A stretch of 23,707 nt of DNA from Candidatus Rokuibacteriota bacterium (GCA_044866005.1 JBIOTN010000234.1:1-23707); one strand, 5' to 3'; positions 1-9,363 are shown, counted from the stretch's first letter. Numbers and translations are program-made. Notes: generated from the sequence alone by a model not told the origin.

Positions 1-702
1 GAGGCCGAGCCCCTCGAGCGCCGCCACCCGGAAATGCTCCCGGAGACGCTCTTCCGCGATTCGCGGCGCGAACTCGCTCGCGTCGCGGGTGGTGAGGAGC
101 ACCCCGGCCTCGCGCAAGCGGGCGACCACGGGATCGGTCGGGGGGAGCGAGGCCGGAACCAGCACCTCGGCTGGGCGGCGCAGGAGGACGGCCTCGGCCA
201 GGGCCGCCGGGTCGGCCGCCTCGCCGACCCAGAAGTCCGCGGCGGTCAGGTCGACCAGGGCCACCCCGAGCCGATCCCCGGCTCGGGCGAGCGCGCCGAG
301 GAAGTTGTTCTGCCGACTCTCGAGGAGCCCGGCCTCGGTGACAGTGCCCGGGGTGATGAGGCGGATCACCTCGCGCCGGAGGAGCTTTCGCCCCTTCGCG
401 GGCGCCGCCTCGACCTGATCACAGAGGGCGACCTTGTGGCCGGCGCGGATCAGCCGCGCGATGTACCCGTCCACGGCGTGGTGGGGGACGCCCGCCATGG
501 GGATCGCCCCCTCGCCCTTCTGGCGCGAGGTCAGGGCGATGTCGAGGGCCCGAGCGGCGACGGCGGCGTCCTCGTAGAAGGCCTCGTAGAAGTCGCCCAG
601 CCGGAAGAGCAGGAGGTAGTCGGGGTACCGGCGCTTCCACTCGCGGTACTGGCGCATCATCGGGGTGTCGTCGGTCGCTGCCTCGCGCGCGGGAGGGGTC
701 AT
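1..702 (-). CDS. mutS: DNA mismatch repair protein MutS, N-terminal part (truncated by left window edge)
   Basis: Not in the ORF track; translated by hand from ATG at 702: MTPPAREAATDDTPMMRQYREWKRRYPDYLLLFRLGDFYEAFYEDA..., the MutS domain I TPMMxQY / FRxGDFYE motif. The frame is still open at base 1 (...LREHFRVAALEGLGL). It is also open upstream to a GTG at 873 overlapping the HIT stop, so the start is uncertain. Confidence 0.95.
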   Translation of the reverse strand, partial: MTPPAREAATDDTPMMRQYREWKRRYPDYLLLFRLGDFYEAFYEDAAVAARALDIALTSRQKGEGAIPMAGVPHHAVDGYIARLIRAGHKVALCDQVEAAPAKGRKLLRREVIRLITPGTVTEAGLLESRQNNFLGALARAGDRLGVALVDLTAADFWVGEAADPAALAEAVLLRRPAEVLVPASLPPTDPVVARLREAGVLLTTRDASEFAPRIAEERLREHFRVAALEGLGL

Positions 703-869
703 CCGTTCGCCGGCAACCGAGGGGGGCGTGTCGTTCGCCACCGGAGCCCGCGCGGCGTCCCCCCGCTCGTCGGCGGCCGGCGGGGAAGGCTCGTCGGCCG
801 CCCAGGGCGGCGTCACGACGTGACCGCGGGGCTGGGGCGGACCGGAGGACTCGCCACCACCCGGTCCCC

Positions 870-1352
870 TCACGGTGACAGGTGTACCCGGAGGCGGCGG
901 TACGTCTCGTCGAGGCTTTCCGGGATCACCTTGACCGCCCCCACGACCGGCATGAAGTTCGTGTCGCCCGCCCAGCGCGGCACGACGTGAAGGTGGAAGT
1001 GCCCTTCGATCCCGGCCCCGGCCGCGCGCCCCATGTTCACGCCGAGGTTGAACCCGTCGGGCCGGTAGACGGCGCGCAGCGCGGCCAGCGCCCGCCGGGT
1101 CACGCGCATGAGGTCCAGGCTCTCCTGGTCGTCGAGGTCCTCCGGCGAGGCGGCGTGGCGGTTCGGCGCGATCATGAGGTGGCCACTCGAATACGGAAAG
1201 GTATTGAGGATGAGGAAGGCACTCCGCGAGCGGTCCAGGATCCGGTGCTGGGCATCGTCACCGGCGGCGAGCGCTGTGCAGAAGAGGCACCCCTCCGGCT
1301 GGTGCGCGCCGCTCACGTACGACATTCGCCAGGGCGCCCAGAGTACATCCAC
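870..1352 (-). CDS. HIT-family nucleotide hydrolase/transferase (Ap4A phosphorylase/FHIT-like)
   Basis: LWAPWR N-terminus, CLFC, NxFPYSSGHLM, GFNLGVNMGRAAGAG and histidine triad HFHLHVVPRW. Confidence 0.92.
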   Translation of the reverse strand: MDVLWAPWRMSYVSGAHQPEGCLFCTALAAGDDAQHRILDRSRSAFLILNTFPYSSGHLMIAPNRHAASPEDLDDQESLDLMRVTRRALAALRAVYRPDGFNLGVNMGRAAGAGIEGHFHLHVVPRWAGDTNFMPVVGAVKVIPESLDETYRRLRVHLSP

Positions 1353-1438
1353 GGCGCTACCGGACTCTCCGGCCGGAGCCGAGACGCGGTCCGATCGCGG
1401 GCAGACCTAGACAGCGTGTGCCCGCACGGCTCGCGCGG

Positions 1439-1723
1439 CTAGCCGTTGACGAGCTCTTTCAGCCGCTTCCCGACCTTGAAGAAGGGGACCCGCTTCTCCG
1501 GCACGCTCACGCTCGACCCGGTCTTGGGGTTCCGCCCGCGGCGGGCGTTCCGTCGGCGCACGCGGAAGCTGCCGAAGCCCCGGAGCTCGACCTTCTCGGC
1601 CTTGGCGAGCGCGCTCGAGATGCTGTCGAAGATCGTGTTGACGATGAGCTCGGTCTCTTTCTTGGTGAGGTTCGAGACCTTGGCGACCTCGTCGACCAGG
1701 TCCGCCTTCGTCATCGTGGGCAC
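1439..1723 (-). CDS. ihfB: Integration host factor beta / HU-family DNA-binding protein
   Basis: MTKADLV...VELRGFGSF...GRNPKTG...VPFFKVGK. A GGGGAGG Shine-Dalgarno at 1729-1735 supports GTG 1723 (ATG 1714 is the alternative). The rpsA-sppA-ihfB order favours IHF-beta over HU. Confidence 0.88.
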   Translation of the reverse strand: MPTMTKADLVDEVAKVSNLTKKETELIVNTIFDSISSALAKAEKVELRGFGSFRVRRRNARRGRNPKTGSSVSVPEKRVPFFKVGKRLKELVNG

Positions 1724-1781
1724 TGCGGCCTCCCCTTTTCCCGTCCTGGTTCGGGTTACCCGCCTCCCAAAAGGCGGCCTC

Positions 1782-1811
1782 ACGCTACCACGGAGCGAAA
1801 ATGCCTGTCAA
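1782..1811 (-). promoter_or_regulatory. Putative sigma70 promoter of ihfB
   Basis: Minus strand reads TTGACA-N18-TAGCGT with TG-n just before the -10. A hairpin CCGCCT-tttggg-AGGCGG (1760-1777) follows in the predicted 5' UTR. Confidence 0.6.
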
Positions 1812-1872
1812 GCCGCGGGGTTCGGGGATTCCCTCAGGGTCGGCCGCACGGCGCGCGTCCGGGCCGGGCCCG

Positions 1873-2784
1873 TCACTCCATGAGGTAGAGCGGGAGCTTC
1901 GGGGAGCCGAAGAGCGGCAGGCCCGTGAGGGCGGCCCGGCCCGACAGCCAGCTGCCCAGCGGCGTGCGGCCGCCGAGCCAGTCGAGGAATTCGCCGAGCT
2001 GGAACGGGCGGCGGGGCCGGATGAGCCGGGGCTTCCCCGGGATCCCGGCGAGGCTCCCCGCGAGCCGGACCGCGTCGTCGAGGCCGCCGAGCGCGTCGAC
2101 GAGCCCGAGCTCCTTGGCGCGCCGGCCCGAATAGATGCGCCCGTCGGCGGCGGCCAGCACCTTCTCCCGATCGAGGCCGCGGCCCACGGCGACGGCGCTG
2201 ACGAATTGCTCGTACATGTCGTCCAGCAGCCCCTGGAGGATGGCCCGCTCCTCGTCGGTCATGGGCCGGCCGACGTTGCCGATGTCCTTGTGGCGCCCCG
2301 CCTTGACCACCTCGAAGTGGACCCCCACCCGCTTGAGGAGCCCCTCGATCTCCGCGAGCTGCATGAGGACGCCGATGGACCCGGTGAGCGTGCCGGGGTT
2401 CGCGACGATCCGGTCCGCCGCCGCGGCGAGATAGTACCCGCCCGACGCCGCGATGGCGCCCATCGAGGCGACGACGGGCTTGCCCTTGCGACGGACCCGC
2501 CGGACGGCGTCGTAGATCTCCTGGGTCGGCCCGACGACCCCGCCGGGGCTCTGGATGCGCACGACGACGGCTCGGATGGAGGCGTCCTCGGCGTGGTCGT
2601 CCAGCTCGCGGACCACGCGGTCCGCGTCCACGATCAGGCCCTCCACCTCCACCAGGGCCACGCGGTTCCCGCCCAGCGACAGATCGCCCTGCTCGGACAG
2701 GACCAGCAGCCCGAGGATGGCGACGAAGCACGCCGCGAAGACGAGCGCGGTGACGCCGAGCCCCAGGAGCAGTCGCCTTCGCAT
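1873..2784 (-). CDS. sppA: Signal peptide peptidase SppA (36K type, S49)
   Basis: N-terminal TM helix; VVRIQSPGG, KPVVASMGAIAASGGYY, TLTGSIGV, ADGRIYSG and LGLVD motifs. ATG 2784 preferred to the ORF-track start 2814. Confidence 0.94.
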   Translation of the reverse strand: MRRRLLLGLGVTALVFAACFVAILGLLVLSEQGDLSLGGNRVALVEVEGLIVDADRVVRELDDHAEDASIRAVVVRIQSPGGVVGPTQEIYDAVRRVRRKGKPVVASMGAIAASGGYYLAAAADRIVANPGTLTGSIGVLMQLAEIEGLLKRVGVHFEVVKAGRHKDIGNVGRPMTDEERAILQGLLDDMYEQFVSAVAVGRGLDREKVLAAADGRIYSGRRAKELGLVDALGGLDDAVRLAGSLAGIPGKPRLIRPRRPFQLGEFLDWLGGRTPLGSWLSGRAALTGLPLFGSPKLPLYLME

Positions 2785-2862
2785 CACGGCCGCCGAACGC
2801 CCACGCGCAGCCACCCTCAGCTTCCGCGCGGCGCGCGAGAGTCGCGGCGGGGAGATGGACCG

Positions 2863-2877
2863 GGGGGCGGAGCCCCC
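2863..2877. repeat. Short GC hairpin with GGA triloop downstream of rpsA
   Basis: GGGGGC-GGA-GCCCCC, about 10 nt after the rpsA stop; no U-tract. Confidence 0.4.
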
Positions 2878-2886
2878 ATGCGAGGC

Positions 2887-4680
2887 TTACTCTTCCTCGT
2901 CCTCGTAGCGGTCCTCCCGCTCACGCCGACGGCCGCGGCGGCCATGGGGCTCGGTCTCTTCCACCGCCCCGATGTCGGCCGCCAGCTCGCGCAGCGACAG
3001 TCCGATCCGCCGCTCGTTGGGATCCACGCGAATCACCTTCAGCGTCAGCTCGTCGCCGAGCTGCACGATGTCCTCGGGCCGAGTCACCGGGCGGTGCGAC
3101 ATCTGCGAGATGTGCAACAGCCCGTCGACGCCGGGCTCGAGCTCGACGAAGGCGCCGAACTCGGCGATGCGGACGATCTTGCCCCGGACGTTCGCCCCGA
3201 GCGGGTAGCGCTGGATCGCGCTCTCCCAGGGGTCGGGCTGGATCTGCTTGAGGCCGAGCGAGATCCGCTTCGCCTCCTTGTCCACGTGGAGGATCACGGT
3301 CTCGATGGCCTGCGCCTTCTTGAGGATCTCGGAGGGGTGCGTCACGTTCCGGGCCCAGGTCATGTCGGAGATGTGGAGGAGGCCGTCGATGCCCGGCTCG
3401 AGCTCGACGAAGGCGCCGAAGTCGGTCAGGTTCCGGACCCGCCCCTGGACGCGCATGCCCGGCTGGTAGCGCTGGTCGATGGTCTCCCACGGGTCCGGCT
3501 CCACCTGCTTCATCCCGAGCGAGATCCGCTTCTGCCCCCGGTTGACGTCGAGGACCATCACCTCGACCTCGTCGGCCACGTTGACGAGCTTGGAAGGATG
3601 ACGGACCCGCCGCGTCCACGACATCTCGGAAACGTGGACCAGCCCCTCCACGCCCTTCTCCAGCTCGACGAAGGCCCCGTAGTTCGTCAGGCTCACCACC
3701 TTGCCGCGGTGCCGGCTGCCGACCGCGAAGCGCTCCTCCACGGTCTCCCACGGGTCGGGCCCCTTCTGCTTGTAGCCGAGCGAGACGCGGCCCGTCTCGC
3801 GGTCGAAGTGGAGCACGACCACCTCGATCTTGTCCCCCACCTGCACCAGCTCCGAGGGGTGGCTGATCCGGCCCCACGACATGTCGGTGATGTGGAGCAG
3901 CCCGTCGATGCCGCCGAGGTCGATGAACGCGCCGTACTCGGTGATGTTCTTGACGACCCCGGTCAGCACCATGCCCTCGTGAAGGACCGAGAGCGTGTGC
4001 TTGCGCTTCTCCTCCCGCTCCTCTTCGAGGACCACCCGCCGCGAGAGCACGACGTTGCCGCGCCGGCGGTTGAGCTTGATCACGCGGGCCCGGATCTGCT
4101 GGCCGAGCATGGACGCGAGGTTCTTGACGGGGCGCAGGTCCACCTGCGACCCCGGCAGGAACGCCTTCACGCCGACGTCCACGGCGAGGCCGCCCTTCAC
4201 CACCTCGATGACCTTGCCGTCGATGGGCGTCCCCTTCTCGTAGGCGCGGGTGATGACGTCCCACACCTTGATCTTGTCGGCTTTTTCCTTGGAGAGGACG
4301 ATGAGGCCCTCGGAATCTTCCTTCATCTCGAGGTAGACCTCGATCTCCTCGCCGACCTTGGGCACGATCCCCGTCCGCTGGAACTCCTCGAGCGGGATGG
4401 TGCCCTCGCTCTTGTAGCCGACGTCGACGAGGACCTCGGTGTCCTTGACGTCCACGATCCGGCCGCGGACGACCTCGCCTTCCTCCAGGTCCTGCAGGCT
4501 CTGCCGGTAGAGGTCTTCCAGCTCGTCGGGCCCCGCACCGCCGCTCACGCCCACTGCGCGACCGCTGCCGCCCGGAGCGCTCCCGGCTGCGTCCACCTCC
4601 TTCAGGGAAGCTCCGGTCCCGCCGCCCCGGCGCTGCTGAGCACTCGTCAGGGGCTCGGGCTCTGGTGTACGGTGTTCCAT
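2887..4680 (-). CDS. rpsA: 30S ribosomal protein S1
   Basis: Six S1 repeats (VDVGYKSEG, AFLPGSQVD, YGAFIDLGGIDGLLHITDMSW, FGAFVELEPG...). ATG 4680 is preceded by GGGAGG...AGGA; the ORF-track start 4890 would overlap plsC. Confidence 0.97.
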   Translation of the reverse strand: MEHRTPEPEPLTSAQQRRGGGTGASLKEVDAAGSAPGGSGRAVGVSGGAGPDELEDLYRQSLQDLEEGEVVRGRIVDVKDTEVLVDVGYKSEGTIPLEEFQRTGIVPKVGEEIEVYLEMKEDSEGLIVLSKEKADKIKVWDVITRAYEKGTPIDGKVIEVVKGGLAVDVGVKAFLPGSQVDLRPVKNLASMLGQQIRARVIKLNRRRGNVVLSRRVVLEEEREEKRKHTLSVLHEGMVLTGVVKNITEYGAFIDLGGIDGLLHITDMSWGRISHPSELVQVGDKIEVVVLHFDRETGRVSLGYKQKGPDPWETVEERFAVGSRHRGKVVSLTNYGAFVELEKGVEGLVHVSEMSWTRRVRHPSKLVNVADEVEVMVLDVNRGQKRISLGMKQVEPDPWETIDQRYQPGMRVQGRVRNLTDFGAFVELEPGIDGLLHISDMTWARNVTHPSEILKKAQAIETVILHVDKEAKRISLGLKQIQPDPWESAIQRYPLGANVRGKIVRIAEFGAFVELEPGVDGLLHISQMSHRPVTRPEDIVQLGDELTLKVIRVDPNERRIGLSLRELAADIGAVEETEPHGRRGRRREREDRYEDEEE

Positions 4681-4696
4681 TCCTGCGTTCCTCCCG

Positions 4697-5389
4697 CTAG
4701 TGAAGTTGGCCCACGGGCAACGGCCCCCGGGCCGTCCGATCCGCGTGGTAGGTTGGTGCCGGGCGCCCGGGGACCGGCGCGGACGTCCCCTCGGCCTCGG
4801 CTTTGAGGCGGCCGATGGCCGCCATGATCTCGTCGCTGATCGCCTGATACCGGTTCTTGCCGCGCCCGCGCGCGAACCGGAGGGGCGCACCGTACCGCAC
4901 CGTGATGCGGGCCAGCGCCGGCCGGGACGCTCCCCTGGGCAGCACGCGCCCCGTGCCCTGGACGTAGACCGGGACGACCGGCGCCTCGGACAGCGCCGCG
5001 AGCATGCCGGCCCCGGGCCGCCCCCGCCCCAGCGTCCCCTCCGTGCCGCGTGTCCCTTCCGGGAACACCACCAGCCCGTGCCCGGCCTGGAGCAGCTGGA
5101 GCGCGCGCCGGAGCGCCCCGGCGTCGGCCCCGTCCCGCTCCACGGGGTGCGCGTTGAGCCGCCGGATCATGCTGCCCAGCAGCGGAACGCGGAAGAGCTC
5201 GGCCTTGGCCATGAAGTGGAGCGGCCGCGGCGCGCCCGCCCCCACGACCGGCGGGTCGAGCAGGCTCACGTGGTTCGCCGCGAGCAGCACGGCGCCGTCC
5301 CGCGGCACGTGTCCCGCGCCCACCGACCGGAAGCGGAAGGCGAGGCGAAGGACGGCGAGGCTCAACGCCCTCACGACAGCGTAGAACAC
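4697..5389 (-). CDS. plsC: 1-acyl-sn-glycerol-3-phosphate acyltransferase (PlsC/LPLAT family)
   Basis: NHVSLLD (HX4D), FMAKAELF, VFPEGTRG, VVPV. GTG 5389 (VFYAVVR) overlaps the cmk 3' end. Confidence 0.9.
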   Translation of the reverse strand: MFYAVVRALSLAVLRLAFRFRSVGAGHVPRDGAVLLAANHVSLLDPPVVGAGAPRPLHFMAKAELFRVPLLGSMIRRLNAHPVERDGADAGALRRALQLLQAGHGLVVFPEGTRGTEGTLGRGRPGAGMLAALSEAPVVPVYVQGTGRVLPRGASRPALARITVRYGAPLRFARGRGKNRYQAISDEIMAAIGRLKAEAEGTSAPVPGRPAPTYHADRTARGPLPVGQLH

Positions 5390-6033
5390 ACCCGCTCCAC
5401 TTCCTTGGCCATCAGCTCGACCACCTCGTCCACCGTGAGCCCGCTCGAATCGATGTAGGACGCCTCGGGTGTCCGGGTGAGCGGTGCGAGCGGCCGCGTG
5501 CGGTCGGCCACGTCGCGCGCCGCCAGCGCCTCCCGCACGGCCGCGAGCTCCTGCGTCTCGCCACGCGCGCGCCGGTCGGCCAGCCGCCGGCGCGCCCGCT
5601 CCTCGAGCGAGGCGTCCAGATAGAACTTGCACTCGGCCTGGGGGAAGACGACCGTCCCCGCGTCCCGCCCCTCGACCACCACCGGGCCGCTCGCCGCCAG
5701 GCGCCGCTGGAGCGCGTCCGCGAAGGCGCGCACCTCGGGGTGCTGCGAGAGCGCCGAGGTCAGGCTCGACATGTTCGGCGCGCGGAGCGCCTCGGTCGCG
5801 TCCTCGCCGTTCACGAAGACCCGCTGCGCTTCGGGCATGCCGCGGAACTCGATCTCGGTCCGCGCCAGGACCTCCTCCAGGGCCGCCCCGCCGGCGACCC
5901 GCCAGGCCACCGCGCGGTAGATCGCGCCGCTCGGCAGGAAGCGGTAGCCGAGCCGCTGCGCGAGCCGACGCGCGACCGTGCTCTTGCCCGCGCCGGCCGG
6001 CCCGTCGATCGTGACCACGGGGTGGCGACTCAT
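5371..6033 (-). CDS. cmk: Cytidylate kinase
   Basis: TIDGPAGAGKST P-loop, SGAIYRA, VVEGRDAGTVVFP, KFYLDAS..ERARRR, RD..DRTR..APL. ATG 6033 overlaps the aroA stop (ATGA). Confidence 0.95.
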   Translation of the reverse strand: MSRHPVVTIDGPAGAGKSTVARRLAQRLGYRFLPSGAIYRAVAWRVAGGAALEEVLARTEIEFRGMPEAQRVFVNGEDATEALRAPNMSSLTSALSQHPEVRAFADALQRRLAASGPVVVEGRDAGTVVFPQAECKFYLDASLEERARRRLADRRARGETQELAAVREALAARDVADRTRPLAPLTRTPEASYIDSSGLTVDEVVELMAKEVERVCSTLS

Positions 6034-7394
6034 CCCGCCACCTCGACCGACTCCTCGCCCGACAGGCGCCGGCAGGTCGCGACGAAGTCGGGGTACGAGG
6101 TGACGATGCAGCCGACGTCCTCGACCACCGACGGCCCGTCCGCGAGCAGGCCCGCGACGATGAGCGCCATCGCCAGTCGGTGGTCGCCCCAGCTCGACAG
6201 TCGCGCGCCGCGGAGAGGACGGCCGCCGGTCCCCTGGATGGTGAGCCCGTCCGGCCGCTCCTCGATCCTCACGCCCATCTTCCCGAGCTCGACCGCGAGC
6301 GCGCGGATCCGGTCGGACTCCTTCACGCGAAGCTCGGCCGCGTCCCGCAGCTCGGTCACGCCCTCGGCACACGCCGCGGCCACCGCCAGGACGGGCAGCT
6401 CGTCGATGGCGCGCGGCACGAGCGCGCCCTCGATCGTCGTCCCGCGGAGCGCCGCCGGGCGAACCGTGAGGTCGGCGATCGGCTCGCCGTCGCCCCCCGC
6501 CTCCGCCGTCGCCAGGTCCACCCCCATGGCCCGGAGGACCTCCAGGACGCCGGTACGGGTCGCGTTCACCCCGACCCCTTCGACCGTCACGCCACCGTCC
6601 CGGGCCAGGGCGCCCGCCACGAGGAAGAAGGCCGCCGAGGAGATGTCGCCGGGCACCCGCACGAGGCGGCCCGTCAGGGGGCGGCCGGGGACGAGGGTCA
6701 CCGCGTGGTCCTCGCTCGTCACGGCGGCTCCGAAGGCGCGCAGCATCCGCTCGGTGTGATCGCGGCTCGGCGCCGGCTCGACGACGGTGACCGGTGCCTG
6801 GGCCCAGAGCCCGGCCAGGAGCACGGCCGACTTCACCTGGGCGCTCGCCACCGGCGAGAGGTGCCGGATCGGGGCGAGGGGGCGGCACCCGGCCACGGCG
6901 AGCGGCAGGCGGCGGCCCGCGTGCCGGCCGATCACCCGCGCCCCCATGCGGACGAGCGGCTCCACGACGCGGTCCATCGGCCGGCGCCGGAGGGACTCGT
7001 CGCCCGTCAGGCAGGTCGCGAATGGCTGGCCGGCCAGGACACCCAGCAGCAGCCGGGCCGTCGTCCCCGAGTTTCCGCAATCGAGGACGCCCTCGGGCTC
7101 GACGAGGCCCTCGAGGCCGACGCCCTGGATCAGGTAGTGGCCGGGCCCCTTGCGGGTGGCCTCGACCCCCAGCGCCGTCACGGCGCCGAGCGTCCCGAGG
7201 CAGTCGGCCCCCTCCAGGAAACCCTGGACCTCGGTCACGCCGCTCGCCACGGCCCCGAGGAGCGCCGCGCGGTGGGAGATCGACTTGTCCCCCGGCACCA
7301 CGACACGGCCGGCGATCCGGCGGGCGGGGCGGACCCGCGCGTGGAGCGACGGCGCGGGCGCGGCGTCGAGCCGGCTCCCGGCAGGGGCCGTCAC
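6030..7394 (-). CDS. aroA: 3-phosphoshikimate 1-carboxyvinyltransferase (EPSP synthase)
   Basis: PGDKSISHRA, DCGNSGTTARL, RRPM, SAQVKS, RDHTERML, ELRVKESDRI, DHRLAM. GTG 7394 overlaps the tyrA stop. Confidence 0.96.
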   Translation of the reverse strand: MTAPAGSRLDAAPAPSLHARVRPARRIAGRVVVPGDKSISHRAALLGAVASGVTEVQGFLEGADCLGTLGAVTALGVEATRKGPGHYLIQGVGLEGLVEPEGVLDCGNSGTTARLLLGVLAGQPFATCLTGDESLRRRPMDRVVEPLVRMGARVIGRHAGRRLPLAVAGCRPLAPIRHLSPVASAQVKSAVLLAGLWAQAPVTVVEPAPSRDHTERMLRAFGAAVTSEDHAVTLVPGRPLTGRLVRVPGDISSAAFFLVAGALARDGGVTVEGVGVNATRTGVLEVLRAMGVDLATAEAGGDGEPIADLTVRPAALRGTTIEGALVPRAIDELPVLAVAAACAEGVTELRDAAELRVKESDRIRALAVELGKMGVRIEERPDGLTIQGTGGRPLRGARLSSWGDHRLAMALIVAGLLADGPSVVEDVGCIVTSYPDFVATCRRLSGEESVEVAG

Positions 7395-8242
7395 GCGAGC
7401 TTCTCCCGGATCTCGCGCGCGCGGGCCAGCTCGGCCTCGAGCGCGGCCCACTGCCCGTCGCGGATCAGCGCTTCCCAGCGCGCCAGCAGGCCGCGGTACT
7501 GGTCGAGCGCCGCGAGGAGCGCCGCGCGATTGCCGCGGAAGATGTCCGTCCAGAGCGTCTCCGCGGACGCCGCGACGCGCGTGGTGTCGCAGAAGCCGGG
7601 ACCGGCCAGCGCGAGCGCCTCCCCCTCGGCCGCCGCGACGAGCCCGTACGCGGCGAGATGGACGAGGTGGCTCACGGCGGCGACGCCCCGGTCGTGCGCT
7701 TCCGGCGCGAGCAGGCGCACCTGGCTCCCCAGGGCCTCCCAGAACGCGGTCACCCGGCCGAGCGCGGGCTCCGGCGTCCGCGCGGTCGGTGTGAGGAGCG
7801 TGAGCCGCCCCTCGAACAGATCGGGGTCCGCGGCGTCGAACCCGGAGCGCTCGGAGCCGGCCATGGGGTGACCTCCGACGAACGCGGCGTCGGCCCGCGG
7901 TGCGCAGGCGTCGGCCGCGGCGACGACCTCGCCCTTGACGCTGCCCACGTCGGTCAGGACCGCGCCCGGCGCCAGGTGCGGCCAGGCCGCCCGGACCAGC
8001 CCCGGCAGCGCTCCCACCGGCGCGCAGAGGACGACCAGCCCGGCCCCCCGGACGCCGGCGGCCAGATCCGGGGTGGCCACGTCCACGATGCGCCGGGCGC
8101 GCGCCTGGGCGAGCGTCGCGGGCGTGCGGCCGACCGCGACGATCTGGGCCGCGAGGCCGCGGGCCCGGGCCCCCCAGGCGATCGACCCGCCCAGGAGGCC
8201 GAGCCCGACGACGGTGAGCCGCGACAGGGGCGGAGGCGTCAC
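7391..8242 (-). CDS. tyrA: Prephenate/arogenate dehydrogenase
   Basis: C-terminal part of the 819-aa track ORF: GLGLLGGS Rossmann motif, DVGSVK, FVGGHPMAGSE, HD..VA..SHL, GF.DTTRVA. GTG 8242 overlaps the hisC stop. Confidence 0.94.
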   Translation of the reverse strand: MTPPPLSRLTVVGLGLLGGSIAWGARARGLAAQIVAVGRTPATLAQARARRIVDVATPDLAAGVRGAGLVVLCAPVGALPGLVRAAWPHLAPGAVLTDVGSVKGEVVAAADACAPRADAAFVGGHPMAGSERSGFDAADPDLFEGRLTLLTPTARTPEPALGRVTAFWEALGSQVRLLAPEAHDRGVAAVSHLVHLAAYGLVAAAEGEALALAGPGFCDTTRVAASAETLWTDIFRGNRAALLAALDQYRGLLARWEALIRDGQWAALEAELARAREIREKLA

Positions 8243-9354
8243 GCGCGTCCTCGCTTCTTCGGCACGATGTCGCGGAGCGCCTGGATGAGCCGCGCGTTCT
8301 CCTCCGGCGTCCCCACCGTGATCCGCAGCGCGCGCTCGAGGCCGAACGGCGCCGCCGGCCGGACGATCACGCCCAGACGGAGGAGCTGCTGGTAGACCTT
8401 CGCGGCGTCCGCCAGCTCGATCAGGATGAAGTTGGCCCGCGTCGGCACGTACTTGATCGAGAGCTCGTCGAAGGCGGCGTAGAGCTGCGCGATGCCCTCC
8501 CGGATCATCGCCACGCTGGCGCGGGCGTGGGCCTCGTCCTCCAGCGACGCGAGGGCGGCCACCTGGGCGACGCTGTTGACGTTGAAGGGTTGGCGGATCC
8601 GGTTCAGCAGGGCGATGCAGTCGGGATCGGCGATGGCATAGCCGATCCGCAGCCCGGCGAGGCTCGCCACCTTGGAGAAGGTGCGCAGGACGACGACGCG
8701 GCGACCCTGCCGGAGGTGGCTCAGGCTGTCCGGGAAGTCGGGCCCGTGGGCGAAGTCGTAGTACGCCTCGTCGAACACCACGATGACCCGCTCCGGGAGG
8801 TCGGCCAGGAACTTGTCCACCTCTTCCGCGGTCACGATCGTGCCCGTGGGGTTGTTCGGGTTCGCGATGAAGATGAGCTTCGTCAGCGGCGTCATCGCCC
8901 GCGCCATCGTGGGCAGGTCGAGCCGGTGGTCCTTCAGGGTGACGACGACCCGAATGCCCCCCACGCTCTGGACGATGGACGGGTAGACGATGAAGGAGGG
9001 ATGCGGGAACACGACCTCCTCGCCCTGTCGGACGAAGGCGCGCGCCAGGAGCTCCAGCAGCTCGTTCGAGCCGTTGCCGAGGACGATGGCGTCCGGCACG
9101 ACCCCGTGGCGCTTCGCCAGCGCGTGGCGGAGATAGTAGCCGGACCCGTCGGGGTACCGGTTGAGCCCGCCGAGCACCTGCCGGATCGCCTCGAGCACCC
9201 GGGGGGACGGCGGCAGCGGGTTCTCGTTCGAGGCGAGCTTCATGGCCCCGGCGATCTCCAGCTCCCGCTCCAGCTCCTCGATCGGCTTGCCCGGTTCGTA
9301 CGGGGCGATGTCGAGGATCGGCTCGTTGGCCAGGCGCTCCCAGGAAGTGCTCAT
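8239..9354 (-). CDS. hisC: Histidinol-phosphate/aromatic aminotransferase
   Basis: YEPGK, KLASNENP, NRYPD, GNGSNEL, NPNNPTG, DEAY, RTFSK..LAGLRIGY, RITVG. Confidence 0.95.
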   Translation of the reverse strand: MSTSWERLANEPILDIAPYEPGKPIEELERELEIAGAMKLASNENPLPPSPRVLEAIRQVLGGLNRYPDGSGYYLRHALAKRHGVVPDAIVLGNGSNELLELLARAFVRQGEEVVFPHPSFIVYPSIVQSVGGIRVVVTLKDHRLDLPTMARAMTPLTKLIFIANPNNPTGTIVTAEEVDKFLADLPERVIVVFDEAYYDFAHGPDFPDSLSHLRQGRRVVVLRTFSKVASLAGLRIGYAIADPDCIALLNRIRQPFNVNSVAQVAALASLEDEAHARASVAMIREGIAQLYAAFDELSIKYVPTRANFILIELADAAKVYQQLLRLGVIVRPAAPFGLERALRITVGTPEENARLIQALRDIVPKKRGRA

Positions 9355-9363
9355 GGTCTCCTC

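Noticed and set aside
3122..3930. Recurring approx. 38-bp near-identical segments (e.g. 3122-3159 vs 3383-3420) with about 260-bp period
   Set aside because: These are the tandem S1 domains of RpsA, not a CRISPR array or mobile repeat.
1801..4806. 1001-aa plus-strand ORF, and similar long plus-strand ORFs at 34-990, 6180-7871, 8527-10470, 14944-16869, 17215-19086 and 18897-21977
   Set aside because: They are antisense shadows of well-supported minus-strand genes. High GC makes the antisense frame stop-poor, and they show no recognisable motifs.
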